A stretch of 64,000 bases of DNA. Source: Eledone cirrhosa (Eukaryota). Location of the stretch: the NCBI GenBank assembly GCA_964016885.1, contig OZ024746.1:98642001-98706000 (forward strand), written 5' to 3'. This document shows positions 49,818-63,191 of the stretch, in pieces. Each line of letters opens with the position of its first letter. Position 1 is the stretch's first letter. A model generated the notes under the pieces. It was given only the letters and a program-made list of their open reading frames with translations, was not told the origin of the DNA and did no database searches. The position numbers were made by a program, and so were the translations under genes.

Positions 49818-50100
49818 CATCATCCTCATCATCTTTTATACATCTGCTTTTCAATGCTTGCATGAGTTGGCCAGGTCCTACTCAGCACAGCACCTCTCCT
49901 CTTGTCACATCCCTTTGTCATCTCCTCTGCCAGTTTTAGTGATTTAGGGTCAGCTCTTACAACCACTACCCAGGTCATTCTTGGTCATACACTACTGCAG
50001 CTTCCTTCCACTGGGATTTCCTGGCATTTCTTCACCCATCAGTCATTGTCCATACACATCACATGTCCATACCAATGCAGTCTTTTCTCCTGCACTATAT
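49818..50100 (-). mobile_element. RTE 3' end
   Basis: Homologous to 3120-3395. Confidence 0.7.
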
Positions 50101-50323
50101 TACTAGAAATCCCATATGTTATCAAATAAAATAAATAGAATAGGTTGGGGGGGGGGTCTCAATATGTAAACTAAACGACTAATTCTGGTTTTTAAAAGAA
50201 TGAACGGAGACAACCTAGTAAAATTATTGATTTTCCATCCAATCCCCAGCCCCTTTTATTATTTGGGACCCGTCAGTATATTCTCTACTAAAGTTATGAT
50301 CTTGTGTTTGTGTGTTTATACAT

Positions 50324-50364
<41 letters not shown>

Positions 50365-50426
50365 CTGTTTCTCTCTCTCTCTGTCTCTCTGTACTTTTTT
50401 ATTGACTTCAAATTTTACCTCGGCAG

Positions 50427-50470
50427 GTTTGTGAAGTCAGAGTGCAGAGAGGTGGAACAAATGTTTGAAA
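50427..50470 (+). CDS. Candidate exon (3' end uncertain: 50451, 50470 or stop at 50583)
   Basis: Very long CT-rich tract plus TTTTACCTCGGCAG acceptor; purine-rich (R)FVKSECREVEQMFE, in frame with the 38136 exon. Confidence 0.35.
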
Positions 50471-50794
50471 GTATTTTATCTGATGTTCTGACGACTTTAC
50501 CTATTTACCATCTCATTGGCTTACACTTCGTCATCCTGGTTGAAAACATTCTATATAGTCTCTTAGATTGCAAATACCATTGAAAAAATATGCCTGGAAA
50601 TTCCATATTAATTTCTGGGAAGTTGCTAAGTAGATAATAATGATGGTGGTGGTGGTAGTGTGATCATGATAGTGGTGGTGGTTGTATGATGATGATGGCG
50701 ATGGTGGTGGTGTGACCATGATGGTGGTGGTGGTGATGATGAAGCTAAAAGCTCAGTGTTATCTAATCATTGTTATATGATAGAAGTATTAGTA

Positions 50795-51731
50795 ATCATT
50801 ATCATCATCATCACCATCACCATTTAACATCCATTTTCCATGCTAGCATGGGTTAGGCGGGTTGTCCTGTTGTGGGCAATGTTAGGTCAGGTGACCAAGT
50901 CTTGCTCATTCAGAACCAATTTTGACTTGGTTTCAATGGTTGGATGCCCTTCCTAATGCCAACCTCATTTACAGTGAGTACTGGGTGCTTTTGTTGTGAC
51001 TGTATTTATGATTACACAACACACAAAGTGTTTTAAGTGCATTTCTTCTTTCAAGCAGGGGTGACACCTACATGACCATTCTACAGTGTGGATTGGGTGC
51101 TTTTTGTTGTGTCACCTACATGACCACTTTACAGTGTGGGCTGGGTGCTTTTTGTCGTGTCACCTACAATGATCACTTTATAGAGTGGACTGGGTACTTT
51201 TTGTCGTGTCACCTACACGACCACTTTATAGTGTGGACTGGGTACTTTTTGTCATGTCACCTACACGACCACTCTACGTTGTGGACTGGGTGCTTTTTGT
51301 TGTGTCGCCTACATGACCACCTTACAGTGTGGGCTGGGTGCTTTTTGTCGTGTCACCTACTTGACCACTTTATAGTGTGGGCTAGAGGATTTGGTGGGAA
51401 ATGTGTGTGGGGATTAGGGAGGTGTGTATGTCGGCATGTGTGAGGGCAGAGTGTTAGGACGTGGAAGATATGGGGAGGCAGGTCTTCTGTATTACTGTGC
51501 AATGCCAGAGATCCTGGTCCCCTGTCATTGCCTTTGAGAGGTGCAACTGAGCAAGGTCAGCTTTTATCACATCGCAAGTCTTTCTGGCTCTTCTTACTCT
51601 GTAGATTCTATCAACTTTGAGTGCTCTGCATCTTTTTACACATGCCTCACAAGTCCACACCAACACAATTGCCTCTATTGCACACGGCACCTCATTCCTC
51701 TTATGCCTAATTTCTCTCTCTGTCATTTATG
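50795..51731 (-). mobile_element. Older RTE 3' end with a 48-bp VNTR (51065-51383)
   Basis: (CAT)n tail at ~50800; minus peptide VKRCRALKVD...RARKTCDVIKADLAQLHLSKAMTGDQDLW matches the 52847-53047 ORF. Confidence 0.85.
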
Positions 51732-53410
51732 CTATATATACGCTCTTTTCATTGTACGACAACTACAGGAGAAGTACCTAGCTAAAAGTAAACCCCTATA
51801 CTTAGCTTTTGTCGACTTGGAGAAAGCCTTCGACAGAGTCCCCCGTTCCATTATCTGGTGGGCTCTTAGAAAACTAGGTGTTGACGAATGGCTTGTGAGA
51901 GCTATACAAGCCATGTATAAAGAAACAGTCAGCAAGGTTAGAATTAACAACGAATATAGTGAAGAGTTTAGCGTAAAAGTTGGCGTCCATCGGGGCTCTG
52001 TTCTCAGCCCCCTACTATTTATTATTGCCCTTCAGGCTATAACAGAGGAGTTCAAGACCAGTTGCCCATGGGAACTCCTATACGCAGATGACCTAACACT
52101 CATAGCTGAATCAATGGCCGAGCTAGAGAAGAAATTCCAAACATGGAAGCACGGGCTAGAATCAAAAGGCCTTAAAATTAACCTGGCTAAGACTAAAGTT
52201 CTAGTTTGTAAGAAAGAAAATAAGGCGGCGGTCCCTTCCGGGAAGTGGCCATGCTCAGTGTGTAGGAAAGGCGTAGGTAGAAACTCCATTTTGTGTCCCA
52301 AATGCAAAGTATGGGTGCATAAAAGATGTAGTGGGATCACAGGTAAGCTAACTAAGAACATAGATTTTACATGTGGCCAGTGCTCTGGTGCAATAAGTAG
52401 CAGCAAGTGCCCACAAAATACTAGCTCTTTCAACTGCGCAGAGAGTTCTATGAGTTATATAGAAATAGTGGACAGCTTCCGTTACCTGGGTGACAAAATC
52501 AGCAGTGGGGGGAGGGTGCTCTGAAAGTACAGTAGCTAGAGTCAGAACTGGATGGAAAAAGTTCAGAGAGCTTATACCACTATTAGCCGCTAAAGGGTTC
52601 TCCCTAAAAATGAAAGGCAGGTTGTATGATGCCTGCATACGAACAGCAATGTTGCATGGCAGTGAGACCTGGGCATTGTGTGCAGAGGATATACGCAGAC
52701 TAGAGAGAAACGAAGCTTGCATGCTCCGCTGGATGTGTAATTAGTAATATACGTGAACGGCAAAGCATAAACGAACTAAGGAAAAAATTGAAATAAGAGG
52801 GATCAGATGTTGTTTACTCGAGAGAAGGCTACGTTGGTATGGTCACGTGATGCGCATGAAGGACGATAGCTGTATAACAAAGTGCAGGGCAATAAAGATA
52901 GACGGTAGCCACGGAATAGGCAGACCTAGAAAAACCTGGGACGAGCTGATAAACTCCGACCTCACACACTTACACCTCTCCAAGACAATGTCACTGGACC
53001 GAGACCTTTGGCGGTACTCAGTAATAGAGAAGACCCGCCTTACCTAAATACAAAGTAAAACCTACTACAGTCAGTAGGCATCTCTAACAAAATACACCCC
53101 CCCCCCCCCCCATCCTATGTAAAGTTATGTTGGTGCCACAACATCCAGGCCGAAACAAATGAGATCGTGTAGGTGTCACGTCAAAAAACACAGTTCACGC
53201 TGTAATGTGGCCGTGTAGGCAACACGGTAAAAACCTCCCAGCCCCACACTGTAAATGTGGTTGGTGTTAGGAAGGGCATCCAACTGTAGAAAACCCGCCA
53301 GATAGTCCTATGCGAGCAAGACAACCACTCTTGCCTCAAGTGGGACTACCCCCGTCCAAACCCATGCAAGCGTGGAACACGGACGTTAAACGTTGATGAT
53401 GATGATGATA
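51732..53410 (+). mobile_element. 5'-truncated young RTE LINE (RT, C-terminus, 3'UTR, (GAT)n tail)
   Basis: AFVDLEKAFDRVPR, GVHRGSVLSPLLF, LLYADDL, FRYLG, MLHGSETW, GRPRKTW; frameshifts near 52510 and 52740-52800. Confidence 0.95.
52252..52383 (+). other. C4HC3 PHD-type zinc finger within the RT reading frame
   Basis: CSVC-x10-CPKC-x4-H-x2-C-x14-CGQC, with W two residues before the His. Confidence 0.8.
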
Positions 53411-53514
53411 TTACTGATGCATGCAAGCTTCAATAATATACATAGATATATAGCGGACGTAAAATGATGATGATGATGGTGTTGGTGTTGGTGGCGGCGA
53501 CGACACTGTATAGT

Positions 53515-53516
53515 GC

Positions 53517-53560
<44 letters not shown>

Positions 53561-53782
53561 CTTGTTAACGTTCTCTGAGTACCGTTGGTATCTACTCAGA
53601 TACTTGCTTGAAACCCTTTGCATTGTACAAATAAATCAAATTTCTTCCCTGCACACACACACACACGCATGCACGCGCGTGCACACATACATATATACAC
53701 ACAAATATATATATATATACATACACACACATATATATACACACACACAAATATATATATATACATACACACACATATATAT

Positions 53783-53865
<83 letters not shown>
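53515..53865. repeat. (TA)n/(CA)n microsatellites
   Basis: Read directly from the sequence. Confidence 0.9.
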
Positions 53866-53870
<5 letters not shown>

Positions 53871-54536
53871 ATACTTGGGGAGAGTCATATTTGTGTAATA
53901 ATATTGCCAGAATTAATAACAGAACACACTCACTGTTTGGTTGTTTCGACACACGATTTCATATCAAAAACCTCACAAAACTAATTCAGCGCCGTTATAT
54001 ATATATATATATATAAATAAATACATTATCGGAGAAAGCTTTTAGCGATACTCCGGCCAAATTCTAACTCACTCAACAAACATTAGGAAATACCTGACTA
54101 TATTCCCAATTAAACGTTTGGGGTGCTAACTAACAGTATTGTGTGGAAAATTGGCTGTATTATTTCATATGAGACATATCGAATATATCTCTTCCCAGAC
54201 GGACGTCTCGTTTCATTACAGGATTCCTACAATTTGGGTTAAATTATACCAATTTATGTAGGAGCTTGTATACCATCAATAGATATATATTCAAGTGGGC
54301 TCTTATAATTAATCAGTGGGTGCCCAATAATACTAATATTGATAATCTAACCAATATCAGTATTTAGCGATAATCATCATCAGTGCCTGAGGTATCTGTC
54401 AGGTTGCCAGTCCAGCAGCTCTAAAGAAATGCTCAAACTGATTCAAAAATGAGGAAGTATATTACCGCCAAAAAAACAATACACGCGCAGGACAATGAAT
54501 TCTAAAAGGAATTCATGTCACGTGCTAGAACTCAAT

Positions 54537-54914
54537 TATACACACACACACAATATATATACATATATATATACATACACACAAATATATATACACATAT
54601 ATATATATACATACACACAAATATATATATACACACACACAAATAAATATATATATACATTATATATATACACACACACAAATATATATATATACACACA
54701 CACAATATATATATATACATGCACACAAATATATATACACACTATATATATATATACATACACACAAATATATATACACACACAATATATATATATACAT
54801 ACACACAAATATATATATATACACACACAAATATATATATATACATTATATATACACACACACTAATATATATATATATATATACACACAATATATATAT
54901 ATATACATACACAC

Positions 54915-55000
<86 letters not shown>
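54537..55000. repeat. Compound (TA)n/(CA)n tract
   Basis: Read directly from the sequence. Confidence 0.9.
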
Positions 55001-55003
<3 letters not shown>

Positions 55004-55545
55004 TAAAATAACAGATTAAAGTTTAAGCAAAGAATCGCTGCTTTCACCCTTAACGGGATCTTCTGAAACTAACAAAGTCAATCTGTGAACGCAGAAGTGA
55101 ATATTTAAAAAACGTTGCAACCGGAGGAAGACAGGAAGATGATACTTTGGTTCGTGGAAACGTTCCCTGGCAAAGAACGGGAAAAAAATGAATATAATAA
55201 GTCATTATTTGGAGCGGTGAAAAACAATTGCACACAGACAAAACCACGTTTATGGTATAAAAGAAGTTGTAGACTAATATTCTATTAGGTGGTTCATAGA
55301 GACGTTCTCTGGCAATGAACGAAAAATCGAAGATAATACGTCATATGTGGAGCGTGGAGAACAATTGCACGCAAAGACAAAACCACGTAAATGGTATAAC
55401 TGAAGTCGTAGAATAAAATTCTAACTAGGAAACCGAATGATTCTCGGCTTCAGAATTAAGAATAAAGTAAATAAAATACAGAGGAAATCGTTTTGGAGAG
55501 AGATTTTTAGGCTCCAAATGTCAACTTGTATGCCAACATATACAA
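55001..55545 (+). mobile_element. Helitron-like non-autonomous repeat with an internal ~140-bp duplication
   Basis: Starts out of a TA tract and aligns with 30305-30510; ACGTTC(C/T)CTGGCAA...ACAAAACCACG occurs twice. Superfamily assignment is tentative. Confidence 0.55.
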
Positions 55546-55910
55546 TAGTTATTTCACAAAATCTTTCCAGATTCTTAATTATTTTCAAAATAATTTGAAT
55601 ACTTTAGGCAGTATCATCCATTAGAAATGTGATAACAAAGAGGTTAATAGTGATTTTGAGATAAGAATTGTGATTCTGCCTAAGTTAAAAATGCTTTCTG
55701 TTGAGTTTAACCCATGGTAAGAATTTTTTGAATGTTCACTTTTATCACCTAATTATGGATTTAACCTCCCACGATTTCACTGTCATAAGATTTCAGACAC
55801 AAACTCAGCAATCTAGTTATTTATAAACAGGAAACTTCGAAAGTAGAAAACAATACTATGACTGTATCAAAGTCTTGTTTGTCTTCTTTTTCTATTTTAG
55901 TTTGCTGCAA

Positions 55911-58900
55911 ATAATCACAACAATCTATCCATTACTAAATAATCACAACAATCTATCCATTACTAAATAATCACAACAATCTATACACTACTAAATAATC
56001 ACAACAATCTATCCATTACTAAATAATCACAACAATCTATCCATTACTAAATAATCACAACAATCTATCCATTACTAAATAATCACAACAATCTGTACAC
56101 TACTAAATAATCACAACAATCTATCCATTACTAAATAATCACAACAATCTATCCATTACTAAATAATCACAACAATCTGTACACTACTAAATAATCACAA
56201 CAATCTATCCATTACTAAATAATCACAACAATCTATCCATTACTAAATAATCACAACAATCTATCCACTACTAAATAATCACAACAATCTATCCATTACT
56301 AAATAATCACAACAATCTATCCATTACTAAATAATCACAACAATCTATCCACTACTAAATAATCACAACAATCTGTACACTACTAAATAATCACAACAAT
56401 CTATCCATTACTAAATAATCACAACAATCTATCCATTACTAAATAATCACAACAATCTATCCATTACTAAATAATCACAACAATCTATCCACTACTAAAT
56501 AATCACAACAATCTATCCATTACTAAATAATCACAACAATCTATCCATTACTAAATAATCACAACAATCTATCCACTACTAAATAATCACAACAATCTAT
56601 CCACTACTAAATAATCACAACAATCTATCCATTACTAAATAATCACAACAATCTGTACACTACTAAATAATCACAACAATCTATCCACTACTAAATAATC
56701 ACAACAATCTATCCACTACTAAATAATCACAACAATCTATCCACTACTAAATAATCACAACAATCTATCCACTACTAAATAATCACAACAATCTATCCAT
56801 TACTAAATAATCACAACAATCTATCCATTACTAAATAATCACAACAATCTATCCACTACTAAATAATCACAACAATCTGTACACTACTAAATAATCACAA
56901 CAATCTATCCACTACTAAATAATCACAACAATCTATCCATTACTAAATAATCACAACAATCTATACATTACTAAATAATCACAACAATCTATCCACTACT
57001 AAATAATCACAACAATCTGTACACTACTAAATAATCACAACAATCTATCCACTACTAAATAATCACAACAATCTATCCACTACTAAATAATCACAACAAT
57101 CTATCCACTACTAAATAATCACAACAATCTATCCATTACTAAATAATCACAACAATCTATACATTACTAAATAATCACAACAATCTATCCACTACTAAAT
57201 AATCACAACAATCTGTACACTACTAAATAATCACAACAATCTATCCACTACTAAATAATCACAACAATCTATCCATTACTAAATAATCACAACAATCTAT
57301 ACATTACTAAATAATCACAACAATCTATCCACTACTAAATAATCACAACAATCTGTACACTACTAAATAATCACAACAATCTATCCACTACTAAATAATC
57401 ACAACAATCTATCCACTACTAAATAATCACAACAATCTATCCACTACTAAATAATCACAACAATCTATCCATTACTAAATAATCACAACAATCTATACAC
57501 TACTAAATAATCACAACAATCTATCCATTACTAAATAATCACAACAATCTATCCACTACTAAATAATCACAACAATCTATCCATTACTAAATAATCACAA
57601 CAATCTATACACTACTAAATAATCACAACAATCTGTACACTACTAAATAATCACAACAATCTGTACACTACTAAATAATCACAACAATCTGTACACTACT
57701 AAATAATCACAACAATCTATACACTACTAAATAATCACAACAATCTGTACACTACTAAATAATCACAACAACCTATCCATTACTAAATAATCACAACAAT
57801 CTGTACACTACTAAATAATCACAACAATCTGTACACTACTAAATAATCACAACAATCTATACACTACTAAATAATCACAACAATCTGTACACTACTAAAT
57901 AATCACAACAATCTGTACACTACTAAATAATCACAACAATCTGTACACTACTAAATAATCACAACAATCTGTACACTACTAAATAATCACAACAATCTAT
58001 ACACTACTAAATAATCACAACAATCTGTACACTACTAAATAATCACAACAACCTATCCATTACTAAATAATCACAACAATCTGTACACTACTAAATAATC
58101 ACAACAATCTGTACACTACTAAATAATCACAACAATCTGTCCATTACTAAATAATCACAACAATCTATCCACTACTAAATAATCACAACAATCTATCCAT
58201 TACTAAATAATCACAACAATCTATACACTACTAAATAATCACAACAATCTGTACACTACTAAATAATCACAACAATCTATCCACTACTAAATAATCACAA
58301 CAATCTATCCACTACTAAATAATCACAACAATCTATCCACTACTAAATAATCACAACAATCTATCCACTACTAAATAATCACAACAATCTATCCACTACT
58401 AAATAATCACAACAATCTATACACTACTAAATAATCACAACAATCTGTACACTACTAAATAATCACAACAATCTATCCACTACTAAATAATCACAACAAT
58501 CTATACACTACTAAATAATCACAACAATCTGTACACTACTAAATAATCACAACAATCTATCCATTACTAAATAATCACAACAATCTATACACTACTAAAT
58601 AATCACAACAATCTGTACACTACTAAATAATCACAACAATCTATCCACTACTAAATAATCACAACAATCTATACACTACTAAATAATCACAACAATCTGT
58701 ACACTACTAAATAATCACAACAATCTATCCATTACTAAATAATCACAACAATCTATCCATTACTAAATAATCACAACAATCTATACATTACTAAATAATC
58801 ACAACAATCTATCCACTACTAAATAATCACAACAATCTATCCACTACTAAATAATCACAACAATCTATCCACTACTAAATAATCACAACAATCTATACAT

Positions 58901-61900
58901 TACTAAATAATCACAACAATCTATCCATTACTAAATAATCACAACAACCTATCCATTACTAAATAATCACAACAATCTATCCACTACTAAATAATCACAA
59001 CAATCTATCCACTACTAAATAATCACAACAATCTATCCACTACTAAATAATCACAACAATCTATACATTACTAAATAATCACAACAATCTATCCATTACT
59101 AAATAATCACAACAACCTATCCATTACTAAATAATCACAACAATCTATCCACTACTAAATAATCACAACAATCTATCCACTACTAAATAATCACAACAAT
59201 CTATCCACTACTAAATAATCACAACAATCTATCCATTACTAAATAATCACAACAATCTGTACACTACTAAATAATCACAACAATCTATCCATTACTAAAT
59301 AATCACAACAATCTGTACACTACTAAATAATCACAACAATCTATACACTACTAAATAATCACAACAATCTGTACACTACTAAATAATCACAACAATCTGT
59401 ACACTACTAAATAATCACAACAATCTATCCACTACTAAATAATCACAACAATCTATCCATTACTAAATAATCACAACAATCTGTACACTACTAAATAATC
59501 ACAACAATCTATCCATTACTAAATAATCACAACAACCTATCCATTACTAAATAATCACAACAATCTATCCATTACTAAATAATCACAACAATCTATCCAC
59601 TACTAAATAATCACAACAATCTATCCATTACTAAATAATCACAACAATCTGTACACTACTAAATAATCACAACAATCTATCCATTACTAAATAATCACAA
59701 CAACCTATCCATTTCTAAATAATCACAACAATCTATCCACTACTAAATAATCACAACAATCTATACACTACTAAATAATCACAACAATCTATCCACTACT
59801 AAGTAATCACAACAATCTATCCATTACTAAATAATCACAACAATCTATCCATTACTAAATAATCACAACAATCTATCCACTACTAAATAATCACAACAAT
59901 CTATCCATTACTAAATAATCACAACAATCTATCCACTACTAAATAATCACAACAATCTATCCATTACTAAGTAATCACAACAATCTATCCACTACTAAAT
60001 AATCACAACAATCTATCCATTACTAAATAATCACAACAATCTATCCATTACTAAATAATCACAACAATCTATCCACTACTAAATAATCACAACAATCTAT
60101 CCATTACTAAATAATCACAACAATCTATCCATTACTAAATAATCACAACAATCTATACACTACTAAATAATCACAACAATCTGTACACTACTAAATAATC
60201 ACAACAATCTATCCACTTCTAAATAATCACAACAATCTATCCACTACTAAATAATCACAACAACCTATCCATTACTAAATAATCACAACAATCTATCCAT
60301 TACTAAATAATCACAACAATCTATCCATTACTAAATAATCACAACAATCTATCCATTACTAAATAATCACAACAATCTATCCATTACTAAATAATCACAA
60401 CAATCTATCCATTACTAAATAATCACAACAATCTATCCACTACTAAATAATCACAACAATCTATCCATTACTAAATAATCACAACAATCTATCCATTACT
60501 AAATAATCACAACAATCTATCCATTACTAAATAATCACAACAATCTATCCATTACTAAATAATCACAACAATCTATCCACTACTAAATAATCACAACAAT
60601 CTATCCATTACTAAATAATCACAACAATCTATCCATTACTAAATAATCACAACAATCTATCCATTACTAAATAATCACAACAATCTATCCACTACTAAAT
60701 AATCACAACAATCTATCCATTACTAAATAATCACAACAATCTATCCACTACTAAATAATCACAACAATCTATCCACTACTAAATAATCACAACAATCTAT
60801 ACACTACTAAATAATCACAACAATCTATCCATTACTAAATAATCACAACAATCTATCCATTACTAAATAATCACAACAATCTATCCATTACTAAATAATC
60901 ACAACAATCTATACACTACTAAATAATCACAACAATCTGTACACTACTAAATAATCACAACAATCTATACACTACTAAATAATCACAACAATCTATCCAT
61001 TACTAAATAATCACAACAATCTATCCACTACTAAATAATCACAACAATCTATCCATTACTAAATAATCACAACAATCTGTACACTACTAAATAATCACAA
61101 CAATCTATCCACTACTAAATAATCACAACAATCTATCCATTACTAAATAATCACAACAATCTATCCATTACTAAATAATCACAACAATCTATCCATTACT
61201 AAATAATCACAACAATCTATCCACTACTAAATAATCACAACAATCTATCCATTACTAAATAATCACAACAATCTATCCACTACTAAATAATCACAACAAT
61301 CTATCCATTACTAAATAATCACAACAATCTATCCACTACTAAATAATCACAACAATCTATCCATTACTAAATAATCACAACAATCTATCCACTACTAAAT
61401 AATCACAACAATCTATCCATTACTAAATAATCACAACAATCTATCCACTACTAAATAATCACAACAATCTATCCATTACTAAATAATCACAACAATCTAT
61501 CCACTACTAAATAATCACAACAATCTATCCACTACTAAATAATCACAACAATCTATCCATTACTAAATAATCACAACAATCTATCCATTACTAAATAATC
61601 ACAACAATCTATCCATTACTAAATAATCACAACAATCTATCCACTACTAAATAATCACAACAATCTATCCATTACTAAATAATCACAACAATCTATCCAT
61701 TACTAAATAATCACAACAATCTATACACTACTAAATAATCACAACAATCTATCCATTACTAAATAATCACAACAATCTGTACACTACTAAATAATCACAA
61801 CAATCTATCCACTACTAAATAATCACAACAATCTATACACTACTAAATAATCACAACAATCTATACACTACTAAATAATCACAACAATCTATACACTACT

Positions 61901-62854
61901 AAATAATCACAACAATCTATACACTACTAAATAATCACAACAATCTATCCATTACTAAATAATCACAACAATCTATACACTACTAAATAATCACAACAAC
62001 CTATACACTACTAAATAATCACAACAATCTATCCATTACTAAATAATCACAACAATCTATCCATTACTAAATAATCACAACAATCTGTCCATTACTAAAT
62101 AATCACAACAATCTATCCATTACTAAATAATCACAACAATCTATCCATTACTAAATAATCACAACAATCTATCCACTACTAAATAATCACAACAATCTGT
62201 CCATTACTAAATAATCACAACAATCTATCCATTACTAAATAATCACAACAATCTATCCATTACTAAATAATCACAACAATCTATCCACTACTAAATAATC
62301 ACAACAATCTGTACACTACTAAATAATCACAACAATCTGTCCATTACTAAATAATCACAACAATCTATCCGCTACTAAATAATCACAACAATCTGTCCAT
62401 TACTAAATAATCACAACAATCTATCCACTACTAAATAATCACAACAATCTATCCACTACTAAATAATCACAACAATCTATCCACTACTAAATAATCACAA
62501 CAATCTATACACTACTAAATAATCACAACAATCTGTACACTACTAAATAATCACAACAATCTGTACACTACTAAATAATCAGAACAATCTATCCATTACT
62601 AAATAATCACAACAATCTGTACACTACTAAATAATCACAACAATCTATCCATTACTAAATAATCACAACAATCTGTACACTACTAAATAATCACAACAAT
62701 CTGTACACTACTAAATAATCAGAACAATCTGTACACTACTAAATAATCACAACAATCTGTACACTACTAAATAATCACAACAATCTATCCACTACTAAAT
62801 AATCACAACAATCTATCCACTACTAAATAATCACAACAATCTATCCATTACTAA
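55911..62854. repeat. 28-bp minisatellite, 248 copies (ATAATCACAACAATCTRTMCAYTACTAA)
   Basis: 6944 bp = 248 x 28; phase is preserved throughout (same register every 420 bp). Confidence 0.98.
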
Positions 62855-63191
62855 AGTCATAACAAACATTTGAAGAAACAGACTGCTTTTTAGATATTTT
62901 CTGCTAAATCAATCCTGTGTGTTAAAGATTTGGGTTTGTAGAGATTCTTAGTAATGCTTATTGTAACAACATCCTGTCCAAGATTTTATCTTAGATTTAT
63001 TTTTACTGACCATCAAAGGAAATTTCATACACTATGTACTTTAAAACACTTATTATATCCGAACATTTAAATTACACAACTTTTGAGTTTCTTATTGTCC
63101 TTTATCTATTAATAACCTGCAGTGCATGAAGCTTCCTTAGTAAGACTGTATTGAAAAGTACAAAACCATTATGATTGTATTACATTGAAAA

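Noticed and set aside
51541-51731. N-terminal 64 codons of the 327-aa ORF as part of the RT protein
   Set aside because: This segment is the antisense strand of an older RTE fragment; RT homology starts at about ALFIVRQLQEK.
53517-54982. YI/HT/CV-rich ORFs
   Set aside because: Microsatellite translations.
55875-55942. Strong acceptor TTCTTTTTCTATTTTAG just before the satellite (FAANNHNNLSITK*)
   Set aside because: Any frame stops within a few units, there is no nearby donor, and the downstream sequence belongs to repeat D on the opposite strand; it may be a chance or cryptic site.
55911-62854. CRISPR array, telomeric repeat or repetitive coding exon
   Set aside because: Units are head-to-tail with no unique spacers and no cas genes; the unit is not TTAGGG-like and the array is internal; 28 is not a multiple of 3 and stops recur in every frame.
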